Below, piece by piece: positions 48,100-59,142 of a stretch of DNA of 64,000 nt. The position numbers and the translations under genes were made by a program. The DNA comes from Campylobacter concisus (GTDB taxonomy: Bacteria; Campylobacterota; Campylobacteria; Campylobacterales; Campylobacteraceae). The stretch is from NCBI GenBank assembly GCA_963549665.1, contig CAUUZE010000001.1:2196-66195 (forward strand), written 5' to 3'. Within the stretch, counting starts at the first letter, position 1. Each line of letters starts with the position of its first letter. The notes below the pieces were generated by a model. It searched no databases. It had not been told where the DNA came from and saw only the letters and a program-made list of their open reading frames with translations.

Positions 48100-48960
48100 T
48101 TACCCACCCATTATATTTTTAAATTTTTTGTACTCAAACATATTCAACAAACTATCAACCGAACAATTAAAAATTCTACCATTTTTAAAATTTTCAGCAA
48201 TTAACTCTTTTTCCAAAAATACCTTGCCAGTAGAAAAAAATTCATCTGACTTCTTGATACCCATTCTTATTTGTTCATTATGTTGATGAATAGAAGTCTT
48301 ATAAAATCTAAAGCTCTCTTCATTTTTTAAGCAGATATAGTTGTGATCAACTCCGAGTAAATATATTTCTTTAAATCCCATATAAATAGCAACTATTAAA
48401 GCATATGTACTAGCAGTATTTGCAGCCCAAATTTGATTTTCAATACTTATATCTTTCTCTTTAAACTTATATTCTTTGTCCACATTGATTCCGGCAAAAT
48501 ACCAATTAATATTATGTTTTTTAAATATTCCGTATTTTTCAAGGATATATCTTATATTATAATCATATATGTCAACTCCAAAAATCATATTAACATTTAT
48601 AGGCACATGCTTTTCCATGTCTTCAAACCAACGCTTCCATTCATCTTCTGTTTGTGGTGGGTGAATGGGAGCAACTAAATAATATTTTTGTATATCTCCG
48701 CTTACAATCTCGTCAAAATCATTATGTACATAAAAGTTATTAAGTGCGAACACGATTTCATTTTTTAATGGTTTTAGATCTTCGCTTTTTATTGATGGTC
48801 CACTACCAAGGATGAAGCATCTTTTGCCTTTATGTTTATCTTTTAAGTTAATATTCTTTAATATTACTTCTTTATATTTTAAAAAGTAAATATAGCTTCT
48901 TACATATCTTAATCCATCTAGTAGTATTGGTGGTATTATTTTTTTTACTAAACGTTTCAT
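48100..48960 (-). CDS. DUF115/Maf-like protein, putative ulosonic acid transferase
   Basis: HKGKRCFILGSGPS, YMGFKEIYLLGVD. Confidence 0.75.
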   Translation of the reverse strand: MKRLVKKIIPPILLDGLRYVRSYIYFLKYKEVILKNINLKDKHKGKRCFILGSGPSIKSEDLKPLKNEIVFALNNFYVHNDFDEIVSGDIQKYYLVAPIHPPQTEDEWKRWFEDMEKHVPINVNMIFGVDIYDYNIRYILEKYGIFKKHNINWYFAGINVDKEYKFKEKDISIENQIWAANTASTYALIVAIYMGFKEIYLLGVDHNYICLKNEESFRFYKTSIHQHNEQIRMGIKKSDEFFSTGKVFLEKELIAENFKNGRIFNCSVDSLLNMFEYKKFKNIMGG

Positions 48961-48980
48961 TACGACACTCCAACCTAAGC

Positions 48981-50213
48981 TCAACTAACACACTGCAAAT
49001 ATATTTTTCTAAGTATATCAGTATAAAAATATCTTTTTATTAAAATAAAATAAATACCTAAAGAAAAAATTGTTGAATAGCTATAATATAAAATATCAGT
49101 ATGATAAAAAACAAAAATACTATTTAAAATTAAATTTAAAGCTAAAATTATAAATTGATATTTTAATAATACAAAATGATGATTATCACTAATCATATAA
49201 TAAATATACATATTATTAATCGATAAAAATATTGCAGATAAAATTAGAACAAAAAATAGAAATTCTGTACCAAGATATCTTTTAACAATAAATTCTAAGA
49301 ATAATGGATATGTTATTACTGCAATTATAGAGGTTACTGCCAAGAAAACATATACTTTTTTATTGGTAGTCTCCACGATATTTTTTACAGAAATGAAATC
49401 TTTTTGTGCTACATATGTGTATAATAGTTGAGAATATGGCCCAAAAAAACTCATCGATAACAGCCATATGTTCATAGCTAACGAAGATGTAAAGCCATAT
49501 GTAGCAAGTTCTTCAGAAGAGTAAAAAGTAGATATAAACCATCTATCTGCAGTTCTAAAAAGTATGTCTATCGCCCAAATTAAATAGACAAAAAAACCTA
49601 TCTTATAGATCTCAAAAACCTTCTTTTTAAAACTATAAAATTTAATATTATTAAATACTAATGGGACTAAGCAAAAAGATACTAAAAAAGTTACGGATGT
49701 TACTATAAACTGAGCAATAAATATAGACTCAATATTTCGAAAGTAATAAAACATTAATATTGTTACAAATGGTCTAAGTATTTCATCTAAACTTTTTAAA
49801 AAATTAACTTTTTCAAATTCATGTTTAGAATTTAAAAAAATCTTAACATTTTCTGTATAATGTGAAAAAAAGAAATTTGTAGCTATTACAAGAATTACTG
49901 ATGAACTAAGCTTAATATTTAATAACAAAAGTATACTTGCACCTATAAACTGAATAATATGAGAAATAATGTTACTATATAAAAATAATTCATTCTCATT
50001 TTTTTTATCTACTATATATTTTGGTAATAAAATGACCGTACCATGCATAGAACCCAGTTGCAATAACGGTAGCAAAGACAATACCATCGTTATATAAACA
50101 AAAGTACCATAGTCTCTTTCTGAAAGACTCTTGGCTATATATATAAATGATAAAAAAGATAATCCTTTTGAACATATGGCTATTAGTAAATTCTGTAAAA
50201 TAACTTTTTGCAA
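48981..50213 (-). CDS. wzx: Oligosaccharide flippase
   Basis: About 12 TM, LSERDYG, ADRWFI. Confidence 0.85.
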   Translation of the reverse strand: MQKVILQNLLIAICSKGLSFLSFIYIAKSLSERDYGTFVYITMVLSLLPLLQLGSMHGTVILLPKYIVDKKNENELFLYSNIISHIIQFIGASILLLLNIKLSSSVILVIATNFFFSHYTENVKIFLNSKHEFEKVNFLKSLDEILRPFVTILMFYYFRNIESIFIAQFIVTSVTFLVSFCLVPLVFNNIKFYSFKKKVFEIYKIGFFVYLIWAIDILFRTADRWFISTFYSSEELATYGFTSSLAMNIWLLSMSFFGPYSQLLYTYVAQKDFISVKNIVETTNKKVYVFLAVTSIIAVITYPLFLEFIVKRYLGTEFLFFVLILSAIFLSINNMYIYYMISDNHHFVLLKYQFIILALNLILNSIFVFYHTDILYYSYSTIFSLGIYFILIKRYFYTDILRKIYLQCVS

Positions 50214-50214
50214 C

Positions 50215-51282
50215 TTATCTGCCCAATATACTTTTTACAAATTCTTTCATACCTAGCTTGTCTAATAGCTTTATAATTGCCTCCCTAATATAATAAGGGT
50301 TCAACTTTAAAACATGTAAAATATAATCTCTCTTTAATTGATTTTCGATCTTAATTGCCCATTTTGTCATCTCTTTATCATAAATTACAATATTATCTCT
50401 CATACTCCAATCAATAGGCTTTTGAAGTAAAAAAGTGCATCTTTCATTACCATATATGACCCTCAAGCCTAATGATTCGAAAAAAACCATTAAGTAGTAG
50501 TAGTAGTAGTTATGCACATGTGCATTTTGAAAATACAAGATTGGATTAAAATATGTCTTTTGAATATCAAATATGCCTGGTACTTCTACTAATAGGTATC
50601 CTTCATCAGAAATCAACTCTATAATTTTATTCATTGTACTTATTGGTTCGTTAAAATGTTCCATAACATGAGATAAAATTATTAAGTCCTGAGATTTCTT
50701 TGGAGTTTTATCAATATCAAACTCACCTTGATATAAATTTAATCCTTTATTTTGTCCAAACCTTAAATATTTTTCTCCAAAATCACAACCAGATACTCTT
50801 TTACCATTCTGATAAAAAGGATACAAGATGCCACCAGCACCACATCCTATTTCAAATACTGTATTAATATTGAAAATTTCAATATTCTCTTGTATAAGAT
50901 TATAAAAAATTTGACCTCTTTGAACTTGTGAGTTGAAAAACTCCTCGCTAGCTAATTCCATACCAACATATATATCCCTATACTCATTTTTATAAAATTC
51001 TGCAGTTGAGTAATCGTCGAGTCGTTCCTTTAGTCTAATAACCCCGCACTTCTTACAAAGTACATTACAACACGGTATCCCATATCTGTCTTTTTCTGCA
51101 ACAACAATATCAGTAAATTTATCAGTATTGCCACATAGGCATGGATTAGGCACTAATTTATATTCACCATTCTTAATCTTAGTTTTAAATTTTTGTATGG
51201 TATCTTTTTGTAACTTATTCAAATATACAATTGATTTATCATCATTTTTCCAAATTGGGAATTGTATAAGATTATTTATCAT
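50215..51282 (-). CDS. SAM-dependent methyltransferase with N-terminal Cys cluster
   Basis: CLCG, CKKCG, FEIGCGAG, SHVMEH. Confidence 0.88.
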   Translation of the reverse strand: MINNLIQFPIWKNDDKSIVYLNKLQKDTIQKFKTKIKNGEYKLVPNPCLCGNTDKFTDIVVAEKDRYGIPCCNVLCKKCGVIRLKERLDDYSTAEFYKNEYRDIYVGMELASEEFFNSQVQRGQIFYNLIQENIEIFNINTVFEIGCGAGGILYPFYQNGKRVSGCDFGEKYLRFGQNKGLNLYQGEFDIDKTPKKSQDLIILSHVMEHFNEPISTMNKIIELISDEGYLLVEVPGIFDIQKTYFNPILYFQNAHVHNYYYYYLMVFFESLGLRVIYGNERCTFLLQKPIDWSMRDNIVIYDKEMTKWAIKIENQLKRDYILHVLKLNPYYIREAIIKLLDKLGMKEFVKSILGR

Positions 51283-52435
51283 GGTAATTTCCCAAGACAT
51301 ACTCAGCGAATTCTCTGACAGCACCATCTCCGCCTTTTTTTGAAAGTATGATAATATTTAAGATGTCTTTAACCTCTTGTACGGCATCTAAAGGACAAGC
51401 AGCTAATCCGACGCTTTGCAATAGTTCTTTACAATTTATATCGTCTCCAATATATGCCACTTCACTAAGTAAAATATTTTCATTTTGACATATTTTTTTA
51501 ACTGCCTCCAACTTACCATTATGCTCTATTCCTTGACGTAAAAAATCTACTTTTAACTTTTTGGCACGATTCTCTACTATTTTTGTATTTTCACTTGTAA
51601 TTATTCCTGTTTTTATACCAGCGCGGCGCAATAGCTCAAACCCTTTTCCATCACGAGTATTAAATTTCTTCAGCTCATTACCATTTTCACCATAATACAT
51701 TCCAGCATCTGTTAAAGTTCCATCAACATCAGATAGAAAAAGCTTTATAATTGGTTTTGTTCTTTTTGACAAAATATATTTATACATCATTTTCTCGGCT
51801 ATTATCCAGTCATTTTCTTCATCTATTTCAATAGCTGTAAATTCTTTCATCTCGTAAATAGACACCTTGCCGCTTAAACGATTTTTATATCTTTTTATAT
51901 TGCCTATACTATTTATATAAAACGCACCATTCTCCATAAAGAGACCATAAAAATCTTGCCTACGTGGACGATTTTTAAAATCATAATTTATTGGATTCGC
52001 ATCGCCATCCCAAAAAAACCTCTTTGTCCTAACGCAAGTAAGCAATGAATCAGCTTTATTTTTTTTAAACAACTTTAATGCTTCATCAAAATCCTCCGTC
52101 TGTGTAAGAGGAGAAGTTGCTTGCACTAAAAAAAATAAGTCTTCCTCTCTAAAATTATTTTTATAAATAAATTCAAGCATTACAGATTCTGTACTAGATG
52201 TATCTTCTGCATTTTTAGGATCTCTATCATATACTTCAACTTTTGTAAAATTAAAATTATTTACGATTTCTTTTATTTTTTTACAATCAGTAGCCACAAA
52301 TATTCTATCAATATTAACTGAATTTTGAAGCGATAAAATAGTCCAATAAACAAGTGGTTTGCCACAGAATGCTTTAATATTTTTAAGTGGTATAGATTTA
52401 CTCCCACCTCTTACTGGAATAAACGCTATATTCAT
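51272..52435 (-). CDS. Acylneuraminate cytidylyltransferase fused to KdsC-like HAD phosphatase
   Basis: RGGSKSIPLKN, QATSPL; DVDGTLTD, GDDIN, GGDGAVRE. Confidence 0.92.
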   Translation of the reverse strand: MNIAFIPVRGGSKSIPLKNIKAFCGKPLVYWTILSLQNSVNIDRIFVATDCKKIKEIVNNFNFTKVEVYDRDPKNAEDTSSTESVMLEFIYKNNFREEDLFFLVQATSPLTQTEDFDEALKLFKKNKADSLLTCVRTKRFFWDGDANPINYDFKNRPRRQDFYGLFMENGAFYINSIGNIKRYKNRLSGKVSIYEMKEFTAIEIDEENDWIIAEKMMYKYILSKRTKPIIKLFLSDVDGTLTDAGMYYGENGNELKKFNTRDGKGFELLRRAGIKTGIITSENTKIVENRAKKLKVDFLRQGIEHNGKLEAVKKICQNENILLSEVAYIGDDINCKELLQSVGLAACPLDAVQEVKDILNIIILSKKGGDGAVREFAEYVLGNYHDK

Positions 52436-52437
52436 TC

Positions 52438-53319
52438 TTATTTCCTGTTTTTTAATTTTTCTCTTTGAATTTGTTCTATAAATAAAATTTCTTCTTTTTT
52501 ATAGTGTAATGCTTCATATGTGGCATTAAGATCTCTTATAAGTTTTCTTAGACCATCTGGCTCAAGCGAAGCCGCATGATCGGTTCCTTTCCAAGTCCTA
52601 TCCTTTGTAAAGTGTCTTTCTATCCATCTAGCACCTAAAGTATAAGCCGCTACATCAAGTGCAATGCCCAAATGATGTCCAGAAAATCCTATTTCATTTA
52701 TTCTATGTTCATACTTTTCATAAAGCCAATTAATCTCAAGTAAAGAAACATCTTTTGCTGGCACAGGGTAGCCTGAAGTACAAGAATAAATAAGCAATCT
52801 CGATTTTGCTTGGTTTGTTTCTTCAAAAAAATTTACTATTTGATCAATTTCTTTTTTTGAAGTCATACCAATAGAAAGCTGCACTTGCCCATTAAACTCA
52901 TCTCGAAGAATTTTTAACATTTCAAAATTGTTATTACAAGCTGACGGAACTTTTAAAAATTGCGGATCAAGAGATATCATCTCTCTTGCACTAGTTGTAT
53001 CCCAAACTGAGGTAGAATAAACTATTCCAATATCATCACAATATTCTTTTAAAATTTTATGCTGCTCTAAATTAAATTCTAAATACTCTCTATGCTCACC
53101 ATAAGTAGCACCATACGAATTCTCTGGAACAGGATGTGGAGCATTGTATTGTTCTTCTGTAAGCAACTCTTTATTATTTCTTTTTTGAAATTTTACATAA
53201 TGAGCCCCCGCTTGCTTTGCTAAAAATATAAGCTCCTTCGCTATGTTAAGTTGTCCCATATGATTGCACCCAATTTCTGCAACCACCTTTGGTTCTATGT
53301 AGTCAAATTTAAATGCCAT
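52438..53319 (-). CDS. NeuB-family ulosonic acid synthase, short form
   Basis: AEIGCNHMG, VKFQKR, IERHFT, GTDHAASLEP; 293 aa, no evident C-terminal AFP/SAF domain. Confidence 0.9.
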   Translation of the reverse strand: MAFKFDYIEPKVVAEIGCNHMGQLNIAKELIFLAKQAGAHYVKFQKRNNKELLTEEQYNAPHPVPENSYGATYGEHREYLEFNLEQHKILKEYCDDIGIVYSTSVWDTTSAREMISLDPQFLKVPSACNNNFEMLKILRDEFNGQVQLSIGMTSKKEIDQIVNFFEETNQAKSRLLIYSCTSGYPVPAKDVSLLEINWLYEKYEHRINEIGFSGHHLGIALDVAAYTLGARWIERHFTKDRTWKGTDHAASLEPDGLRKLIRDLNATYEALHYKKEEILFIEQIQREKLKNRK

Positions 53320-53347
53320 TTACATCTTTCTCCTATTTATATTTTTT

Positions 53348-54091
53348 CTATTTTCTACCATATTTATCAGCATATCTGATAATATCATCCTCACCAAAAT
53401 ATTCCCCCAGCTGAATTTCAGATAGAACAATATTTTCATCACTATTATTAATAATTTGATGTTTGCATCCTCTTGGTATATAAATATATTTTCCAGGAAA
53501 AATATCAGATAAAGATTCATCCAATATCAATTTGCCTCTACCTTTTATTATAATCCAGTGTTCTTCTCTTTTTTTATGCTCTTGGAGGCTTAACTCCTCT
53601 CCAGGAAATACTGTGATTATCTTGGCTTGCGCATTTGACGTTAAAATTACACTCTTATAAAAACCCCAAGGGCGATTATAGATTTCATGTTCCAAAACAT
53701 AGTGGTCAAATGCTGAAAAATTATACTTTAAGTCAAAACTTATATTCTCTAAAAGCATAATGTGAAATTGTTTTTTTGTAATCACATTAAGAAGTTTCAT
53801 ATTTTCATCCACTATCGGCAAAAAATCTATCTTATCGGATTTAAATTTCTCGCAAACATCATTAAAAGTTGATTCTAAAGACAAATATTCAAAATCAACA
53901 TTCATAACCATACTAACTTCATCATATATAGTAAGTTCATTCAAGAAACCCTTTCTTATATCACCGTCAGTTAGGACTCCTATAACAGAATTATTATTGT
54001 TAAGGCAAATTAAAAATCTTTTTTTATTTTTTTGAAGTTTCAAAAGTGCAAATTTAATGTTTTCATTACAATATATCACAAAATTATTCAT
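53348..54091 (-). CDS. CBS domain plus mannose-6-phosphate isomerase-like cupin
   Basis: GVLTDGDIR; RPWGFY, LSLQEH..REEHW, EDDIIR. Confidence 0.85.
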   Translation of the reverse strand: MNNFVIYCNENIKFALLKLQKNKKRFLICLNNNNSVIGVLTDGDIRKGFLNELTIYDEVSMVMNVDFEYLSLESTFNDVCEKFKSDKIDFLPIVDENMKLLNVITKKQFHIMLLENISFDLKYNFSAFDHYVLEHEIYNRPWGFYKSVILTSNAQAKIITVFPGEELSLQEHKKREEHWIIIKGRGKLILDESLSDIFPGKYIYIPRGCKHQIINNSDENIVLSEIQLGEYFGEDDIIRYADKYGRK

Positions 54092-55152
54092 TAAAAATTT
54101 ATCCCCATATTTCCTAAATACCACTCATAAAGTGTCTTTATTCCATCTTCAAGCTCTACTTTATGTTTCCAGCCAAGGGAGTGGAGCTTAGATGGGTCTG
54201 TTAGTTTTAGCATCGTTCCATCAGGCTTACTATTATTGAAGTACAGCTCACCTTTAAAGCCAATTATATTTTTAACCAAATTTGCTAGCTCATTTATAGA
54301 GATATCTTTGCCTGTGCCTATATTTATATGTGTATTTCTTATCTCTTTGCTATTTTTATCATAAGTATCTTTAAAGTCTCTATTTTCCAGTAAAAACACG
54401 CAGGCATCGGCCATATCTTCTGAGTGTAGAAACTCTCGTCTAGGCTCTCCTGTGCCCCAAATTTCTACTCTATCTTTTGAAATACCAAATTTACCAAGAT
54501 AAGCCATAGCTTCATTTATATCTCTTGCTTTTAGATCTTTTACTACTTCGTCAAATTTTTCTTCGCTTAAAAGCTTTGCCAGGTGTGTCTTTCTTATAAG
54601 TGCTGGCAATACATGCGAAGTTTCTAGATCAAAGTTATCATTTGGACCATATAAATTTGTAGGCATTACAGATATGAAATTTGTACCATATTGCAGATTA
54701 TAGCTCTCACACATCTTCATGCCAGCTATTTTAGCGATCGCGTATGGCTCATTTGTGTATTCAAGTGGAGATGTCAAAAGCACCTCCTCGCTCATTGGCT
54801 GTGGAGCATCTTTAGGATATATGCAAGTACTTCCCAGAAATAATAGTTTTTTTACCTTATGCAGATAGCTTTGATGGATCACATTATTTTGAATTTGTAA
54901 ATTTTCATATATAAAATCAGCCCTATACGTACTATTAGCCACTATTCCGCCGACCTTTGCAGCAGCCAGCACTACATACTCAGGCTTTTCTTTTTCAAAA
55001 AGCTCACAAACTGCTTTTTGATCCATTAGATCAAGCTCGCTATGAGTTCTTGTGATTATATTTTCATAGCCTTTTGATTTTAAATTTCTCACTATAGCAG
55101 AGCCTACCAGTCCCTTGTGCCCTGCTACATAAATTTTGCTATTTTTATCCAT
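54091..55152 (-). CDS. fcl: GDP-L-fucose synthase
   Basis: [27 protein letters not shown]. Confidence 0.95.
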   Translation of the reverse strand: MDKNSKIYVAGHKGLVGSAIVRNLKSKGYENIITRTHSELDLMDQKAVCELFEKEKPEYVVLAAAKVGGIVANSTYRADFIYENLQIQNNVIHQSYLHKVKKLLFLGSTCIYPKDAPQPMSEEVLLTSPLEYTNEPYAIAKIAGMKMCESYNLQYGTNFISVMPTNLYGPNDNFDLETSHVLPALIRKTHLAKLLSEEKFDEVVKDLKARDINEAMAYLGKFGISKDRVEIWGTGEPRREFLHSEDMADACVFLLENRDFKDTYDKNSKEIRNTHINIGTGKDISINELANLVKNIIGFKGELYFNNSKPDGTMLKLTDPSKLHSLGWKHKVELEDGIKTLYEWYLGNMGINF

Positions 55153-55155
55153 TTT

Positions 55156-56298
55156 TTACTCGAAATAGCTCATTATCTCATATCCACCATCTTTTAGATA
55201 GACATCTTTTGTCATGAGCTTTAAGTCTGATTTCATCATGTCATTTACTAGATCTTGAAGGTTAAATTCTCTCTTCCAGCCTAGTTTTTTCTCCGCCTTA
55301 CTAGGATCTCCAAGTAGCAAATCAACCTCTGTTGGTCTAAAGTATCTTGGATCCACGCAAACCACAGTTTGACCAACACTTAAATGAGATAAATTTAAAT
55401 TTAACTCTTTTGCCTTTTCAAAATTTAGTGAGTCCACGACTCCTATCTCATCTACACCAGCCCCTTCAAATCTCAAATTTATACCAGCATAGGCAAATGC
55501 AAATTTTACAAAATCTCTAACCGCTGTCGTTTGTCCAGTTGCTATTACCCAGTCTTCTGGTTCTGGGGCTTGAAGTATCATCCACATCATCTTTACATAG
55601 TCTTTTGCATGACCCCAGTCTCTTTTGGCGTCTAAATTTCCAAGGTAAAGTTTATCTTGAAGTCCAAGCGCTATCTTACTAGCTGCTCTTGTGATCTTTC
55701 TAGTTACAAATGTCTCGCCTCTAACTGGTGATTCATGGTTAAACAATATACCATTACAAGCAAAAATGCCATAAGCCTCTCTATAATTAACCGTTATCCA
55801 GTACGCATACATCTTTGCGACTGCATAAGGGCTTCTTGGATAAAACGGCGTAGTCTCGCTCTGCGGTGTCTCTTGCACTTTTCCGTAAAGCTCAGAGGTA
55901 GATGCTTGATAAATTTTAGTCTTTTTTTCAAGTCCTAGTATCCTTATAGCCTCAAGCAGTCTAAGAGTGCCTGTACCATCAGCATTTGCGACATATTCTG
56001 GAGTCTCAAAACTTACATGTACGTGGCTCATGGCAGCTAGGTTGTAAATTTCATCTGGCTGTACCTCTTGGATGATCCTTGTTAAATTCATAGAGTCCGT
56101 CATATCGCCATAGTGCAAGAAAAAGTTTCTATTATCAACATGTGGATCTTGATAAAGATGATCTATCCTATCTGTATTAAAAAGGCTTGTTCGCCTTTTT
56201 ATGCCATGGACTATATAACCTTTTTTTAGTAAAAATTCTGCCAGATACGATCCATCTTGACCAGTTATACCAGTTATTAACGCTACTTTTTTATCCAT
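55156..56298 (-). CDS. gmd: GDP-mannose 4,6-dehydratase
   Basis: [25 protein letters not shown]. Confidence 0.97.
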   Translation of the reverse strand: MDKKVALITGITGQDGSYLAEFLLKKGYIVHGIKRRTSLFNTDRIDHLYQDPHVDNRNFFLHYGDMTDSMNLTRIIQEVQPDEIYNLAAMSHVHVSFETPEYVANADGTGTLRLLEAIRILGLEKKTKIYQASTSELYGKVQETPQSETTPFYPRSPYAVAKMYAYWITVNYREAYGIFACNGILFNHESPVRGETFVTRKITRAASKIALGLQDKLYLGNLDAKRDWGHAKDYVKMMWMILQAPEPEDWVIATGQTTAVRDFVKFAFAYAGINLRFEGAGVDEIGVVDSLNFEKAKELNLNLSHLSVGQTVVCVDPRYFRPTEVDLLLGDPSKAEKKLGWKREFNLQDLVNDMMKSDLKLMTKDVYLKDGGYEIMSYFE

Positions 56299-56301
56299 AA
56301 A

Positions 56302-57672
56302 TCACCTTTTAAAATCATCATCTAGGCGAATTATATCATCTTCGCCTGTATATTCGCCGACTTGAGCTTCTATTAAAACCACAGGGATCTTACCTTCATT
56401 AGATAGCCTATGAACTTCACCCATTTTTATATAGATAGACTCATTAGGACAAACAAGTCTAGTTGTCTCACCTATCGTCACAGTGGCACTACCTGATAGT
56501 ACTATCCAGTGCTCATTTCTATGAAAATGCTTTTGCAAAGATAGTCTTTTACCAGGCTTTACTTCTATTATTTTTATCTTATAGCCATCTTGATTTTCAA
56601 GAACAGTGTAGTTTCCCCATGGTCTGTTCGTAGTAAGATGAGCATTGCAAAGCTCAGAGCTCTCCTCTTTTAAAATTTCCACAACATTTTTTACTTTTTG
56701 ACTAGAGGACTTTTTAGATATTAAAAGAGCATCTTTTGTATCAACTATAGCTAGATCATCAACATCTATCAAGGCTATTTTTTTACCACTAGATAGGACT
56801 AGGTTATTGTGAGAATTCATCTGCACCAGGTCGCTATTTATTGTATTACCATTGGTATCTTTTGGTAGCTGCTCATCCAAACTATCAAAGCTTCCAAGAT
56901 CGCTCCAAGATGCATCTAGTGCTACCATTTTTACAATATCTGATTTTTCCATCACAGCATAATCTATGCTGTTTTGTGGGATATTTTGCATATCGGTAGA
57001 GTCTATTTTAATATCAAATTCATCTTTTTTTGCGTTATTGAAAGCTAGCTTACATGCTTCAAGTATCTCAGGGGCAAAAATTTTCATCTGATCCAAGAAA
57101 ACACCTGCCTTAAAGACAAACATGCCTGAATTCCAGTAGAAATTCTTATCTTTTAGAAATTTAACTGCCCTTTCATAGTCTGGCTTTTCATAAAAAGCCT
57201 TTACATCACCACTAAAACTCTCAATATAGCCAAATCCAGTCTCAGGCGAACTTGGTTTTATGCCAAAAGTAACTAAAAAATTTTGTTCAGCTAGCTCTTT
57301 TGCTACCTTTACGCTCTTTTGATACTCTTTAACATCCTTTATCAAATGATCCGATGGCGTTACTAAAACCACTTCATTTGGATCAAGTGCGAGACAAGCC
57401 AATGTGATCGCTGGAGCAGTATTTCTACCAACTGGCTCAAGCAGATATTTGAAATTTGTGATATTTAAATTTTCTATCTGATCCATTGCTAAGTAGTAAT
57501 GATCAATGTTTGTTATAACAAATGTCCTATCACAAATTTCACTATTTCGCAGTGCTGTTAGCTGAAAAAGAGACCTATCATCAAATAATTTAATAAATTG
57601 TTTTGGCATCAAAGTCCTGCTAATAGGCCATAACCTCGTACCAGAACCACCGCATAATAATATATTAGTCAT
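56302..57672 (-). CDS. manC: Mannose-1-phosphate guanylyltransferase/mannose-6-phosphate isomerase
   Basis: GGSGTRLWP, PKQF, WNSGMF, RPWG cupin. Confidence 0.95.
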   Translation of the reverse strand: MTNILLCGGSGTRLWPISRTLMPKQFIKLFDDRSLFQLTALRNSEICDRTFVITNIDHYYLAMDQIENLNITNFKYLLEPVGRNTAPAITLACLALDPNEVVLVTPSDHLIKDVKEYQKSVKVAKELAEQNFLVTFGIKPSSPETGFGYIESFSGDVKAFYEKPDYERAVKFLKDKNFYWNSGMFVFKAGVFLDQMKIFAPEILEACKLAFNNAKKDEFDIKIDSTDMQNIPQNSIDYAVMEKSDIVKMVALDASWSDLGSFDSLDEQLPKDTNGNTINSDLVQMNSHNNLVLSSGKKIALIDVDDLAIVDTKDALLISKKSSSQKVKNVVEILKEESSELCNAHLTTNRPWGNYTVLENQDGYKIKIIEVKPGKRLSLQKHFHRNEHWIVLSGSATVTIGETTRLVCPNESIYIKMGEVHRLSNEGKIPVVLIEAQVGEYTGEDDIIRLDDDFKR

Positions 57673-57769
57673 AATTTATTTCAACTTTAAATTAATATTA
57701 AAAAATCTATTTAATTTAACCAAAAACTCACTTTTAAATAGATAAATTTAATGACCTTCACTCGCTAGA

Positions 57770-58654
57770 TTAAAGCACCTCTCTCATCTTATGCGTTAGC
57801 TCCAGGCTCGCTTCGATCTCGGCGCGTTTTGCCATGACGCTTTCTATATTTATGCTTAAATTTAGCCCATTTTCGTCGCCAAATTTCTTTAGCTCGCACC
57901 AAATTTCTTTGATGATCTCGCAGCTACTAGCTAGGTAGTCAGAGCTTAAATTTAGCCTCTCCTCAACCGAGCTTGGCACGCTCACTCCGAGCCATTTGAT
58001 AAATTCAAGCGTTTTTGCATTGCCAGCTGTGCTAAATGTAAGAAATATCGGCTCGCTTATCTTTGCAGCCGCGCAATCCTCTAAAAATTTACGCGCTAGC
58101 TGTGCGTCAAATATCGCTTGCGATATGAAAAATTTAGCTCCAGCTGCGATCTTTTCACGCATCCTTTGTGGCTCATCGCCCTTTTTTCCGTGGCGCTCTG
58201 CGATACAGACACCGCCTACTGCCAACTCTTTAAATTCGCTAGCGATTTCATAGGCGCGAGCTAAATTTAGCCTCACTTTTTGCGTGCTTGAAGTTGCCCC
58301 CACTAGCACGTTTAAATTTGAGCTTTGAGCCTTAAGCGCTGCGCGAAATTCATCCTCGCCGTATCCGCTAGCCACGCGGTAAAATATACTAGGAGTAGCG
58401 ACATTTAGGTACTTTTTGTAGTAAATTTCTGGGCTTAGCGTCCCACTAAACTCAAATGTCCTCTCGCTATCATTTCTCTCGCTCTCGTCTTGCACCTCGT
58501 AAAGCACGAGCCCATCGGCCTTGATATCATTTATCCGCCCGCTCCAGCGCTCTGAGATCTCACGCAGCTTTGCCTCTTCAAATTCAGCCTTTGGCGGCGT
58601 AAGGCCATATAGCACGAGCCCTTTTTCTTTATTTAAAATTTTCTCTTTTAGCAT
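57770..58654 (-). CDS. Methylenetetrahydrofolate reductase-like protein
   Basis: TPPK, KIAAGAKFFISQ; downstream of metE. Confidence 0.75.
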   Translation of the reverse strand: MLKEKILNKEKGLVLYGLTPPKAEFEEAKLREISERWSGRINDIKADGLVLYEVQDESERNDSERTFEFSGTLSPEIYYKKYLNVATPSIFYRVASGYGEDEFRAALKAQSSNLNVLVGATSSTQKVRLNLARAYEIASEFKELAVGGVCIAERHGKKGDEPQRMREKIAAGAKFFISQAIFDAQLARKFLEDCAAAKISEPIFLTFSTAGNAKTLEFIKWLGVSVPSSVEERLNLSSDYLASSCEIIKEIWCELKKFGDENGLNLSINIESVMAKRAEIEASLELTHKMREVL

Positions 58655-58658
58655 TTTC

Positions 58659-59117
58659 TCACTTTTGAACTAGATCAGCCCTCATCACCACGCCAACAGA
58701 ACTTTTTGATGACATGCAGACAAACTCGTCTTTTAGGTATTTCGCATCGGCTCGCCAAAAGCTTACGATATTTGCCACGTCGGCATTTTGCTTTTTAGCA
58801 GCTATCATATATCTTTTTATGACAGCGACAAAAGCCTCTTGGCAATAGCCCTTTATATCTCCGCTATCAGTGATAAATCTTTGAACCTTTACATTTGCCT
58901 TTATTACGCTTTTATTTTGGTCGTTTGAGCCAAACTCAAGCCTCACATTTTCAAAGCCTGCTAGCTCTTTTTTGGCAGCTTCTAAATTTAAAGCCTCGCT
59001 GATACTATAGATATTTGTTTGCTTGTACGCACCTTTGTTGAGTGGTATAGAGTGGCGTCCAGAACTACATCCGGACGCAAATATAACTAATATTACAAAT
59101 AAAAAAATCCTTTTCAT
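58659..59117 (-). CDS. Lipoprotein, unknown function
   Basis: Lipobox FASGC. Confidence 0.75.
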   Translation of the reverse strand: MKRIFLFVILVIFASGCSSGRHSIPLNKGAYKQTNIYSISEALNLEAAKKELAGFENVRLEFGSNDQNKSVIKANVKVQRFITDSGDIKGYCQEAFVAVIKRYMIAAKKQNADVANIVSFWRADAKYLKDEFVCMSSKSSVGVVMRADLVQK

Positions 59118-59142
59118 TTTTCAATTCCTTTTTAATTAAATT

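Noticed and set aside
50492..50509. TAC trinucleotide run (Tyr x5) in a methyltransferase
   Set aside because: Short and in frame; length change would not switch the gene
53320..53520. 66-aa ORF overlapping the CBS-cupin gene
   Set aside because: Alternate frame of a conserved cupin C-terminus with no RBS
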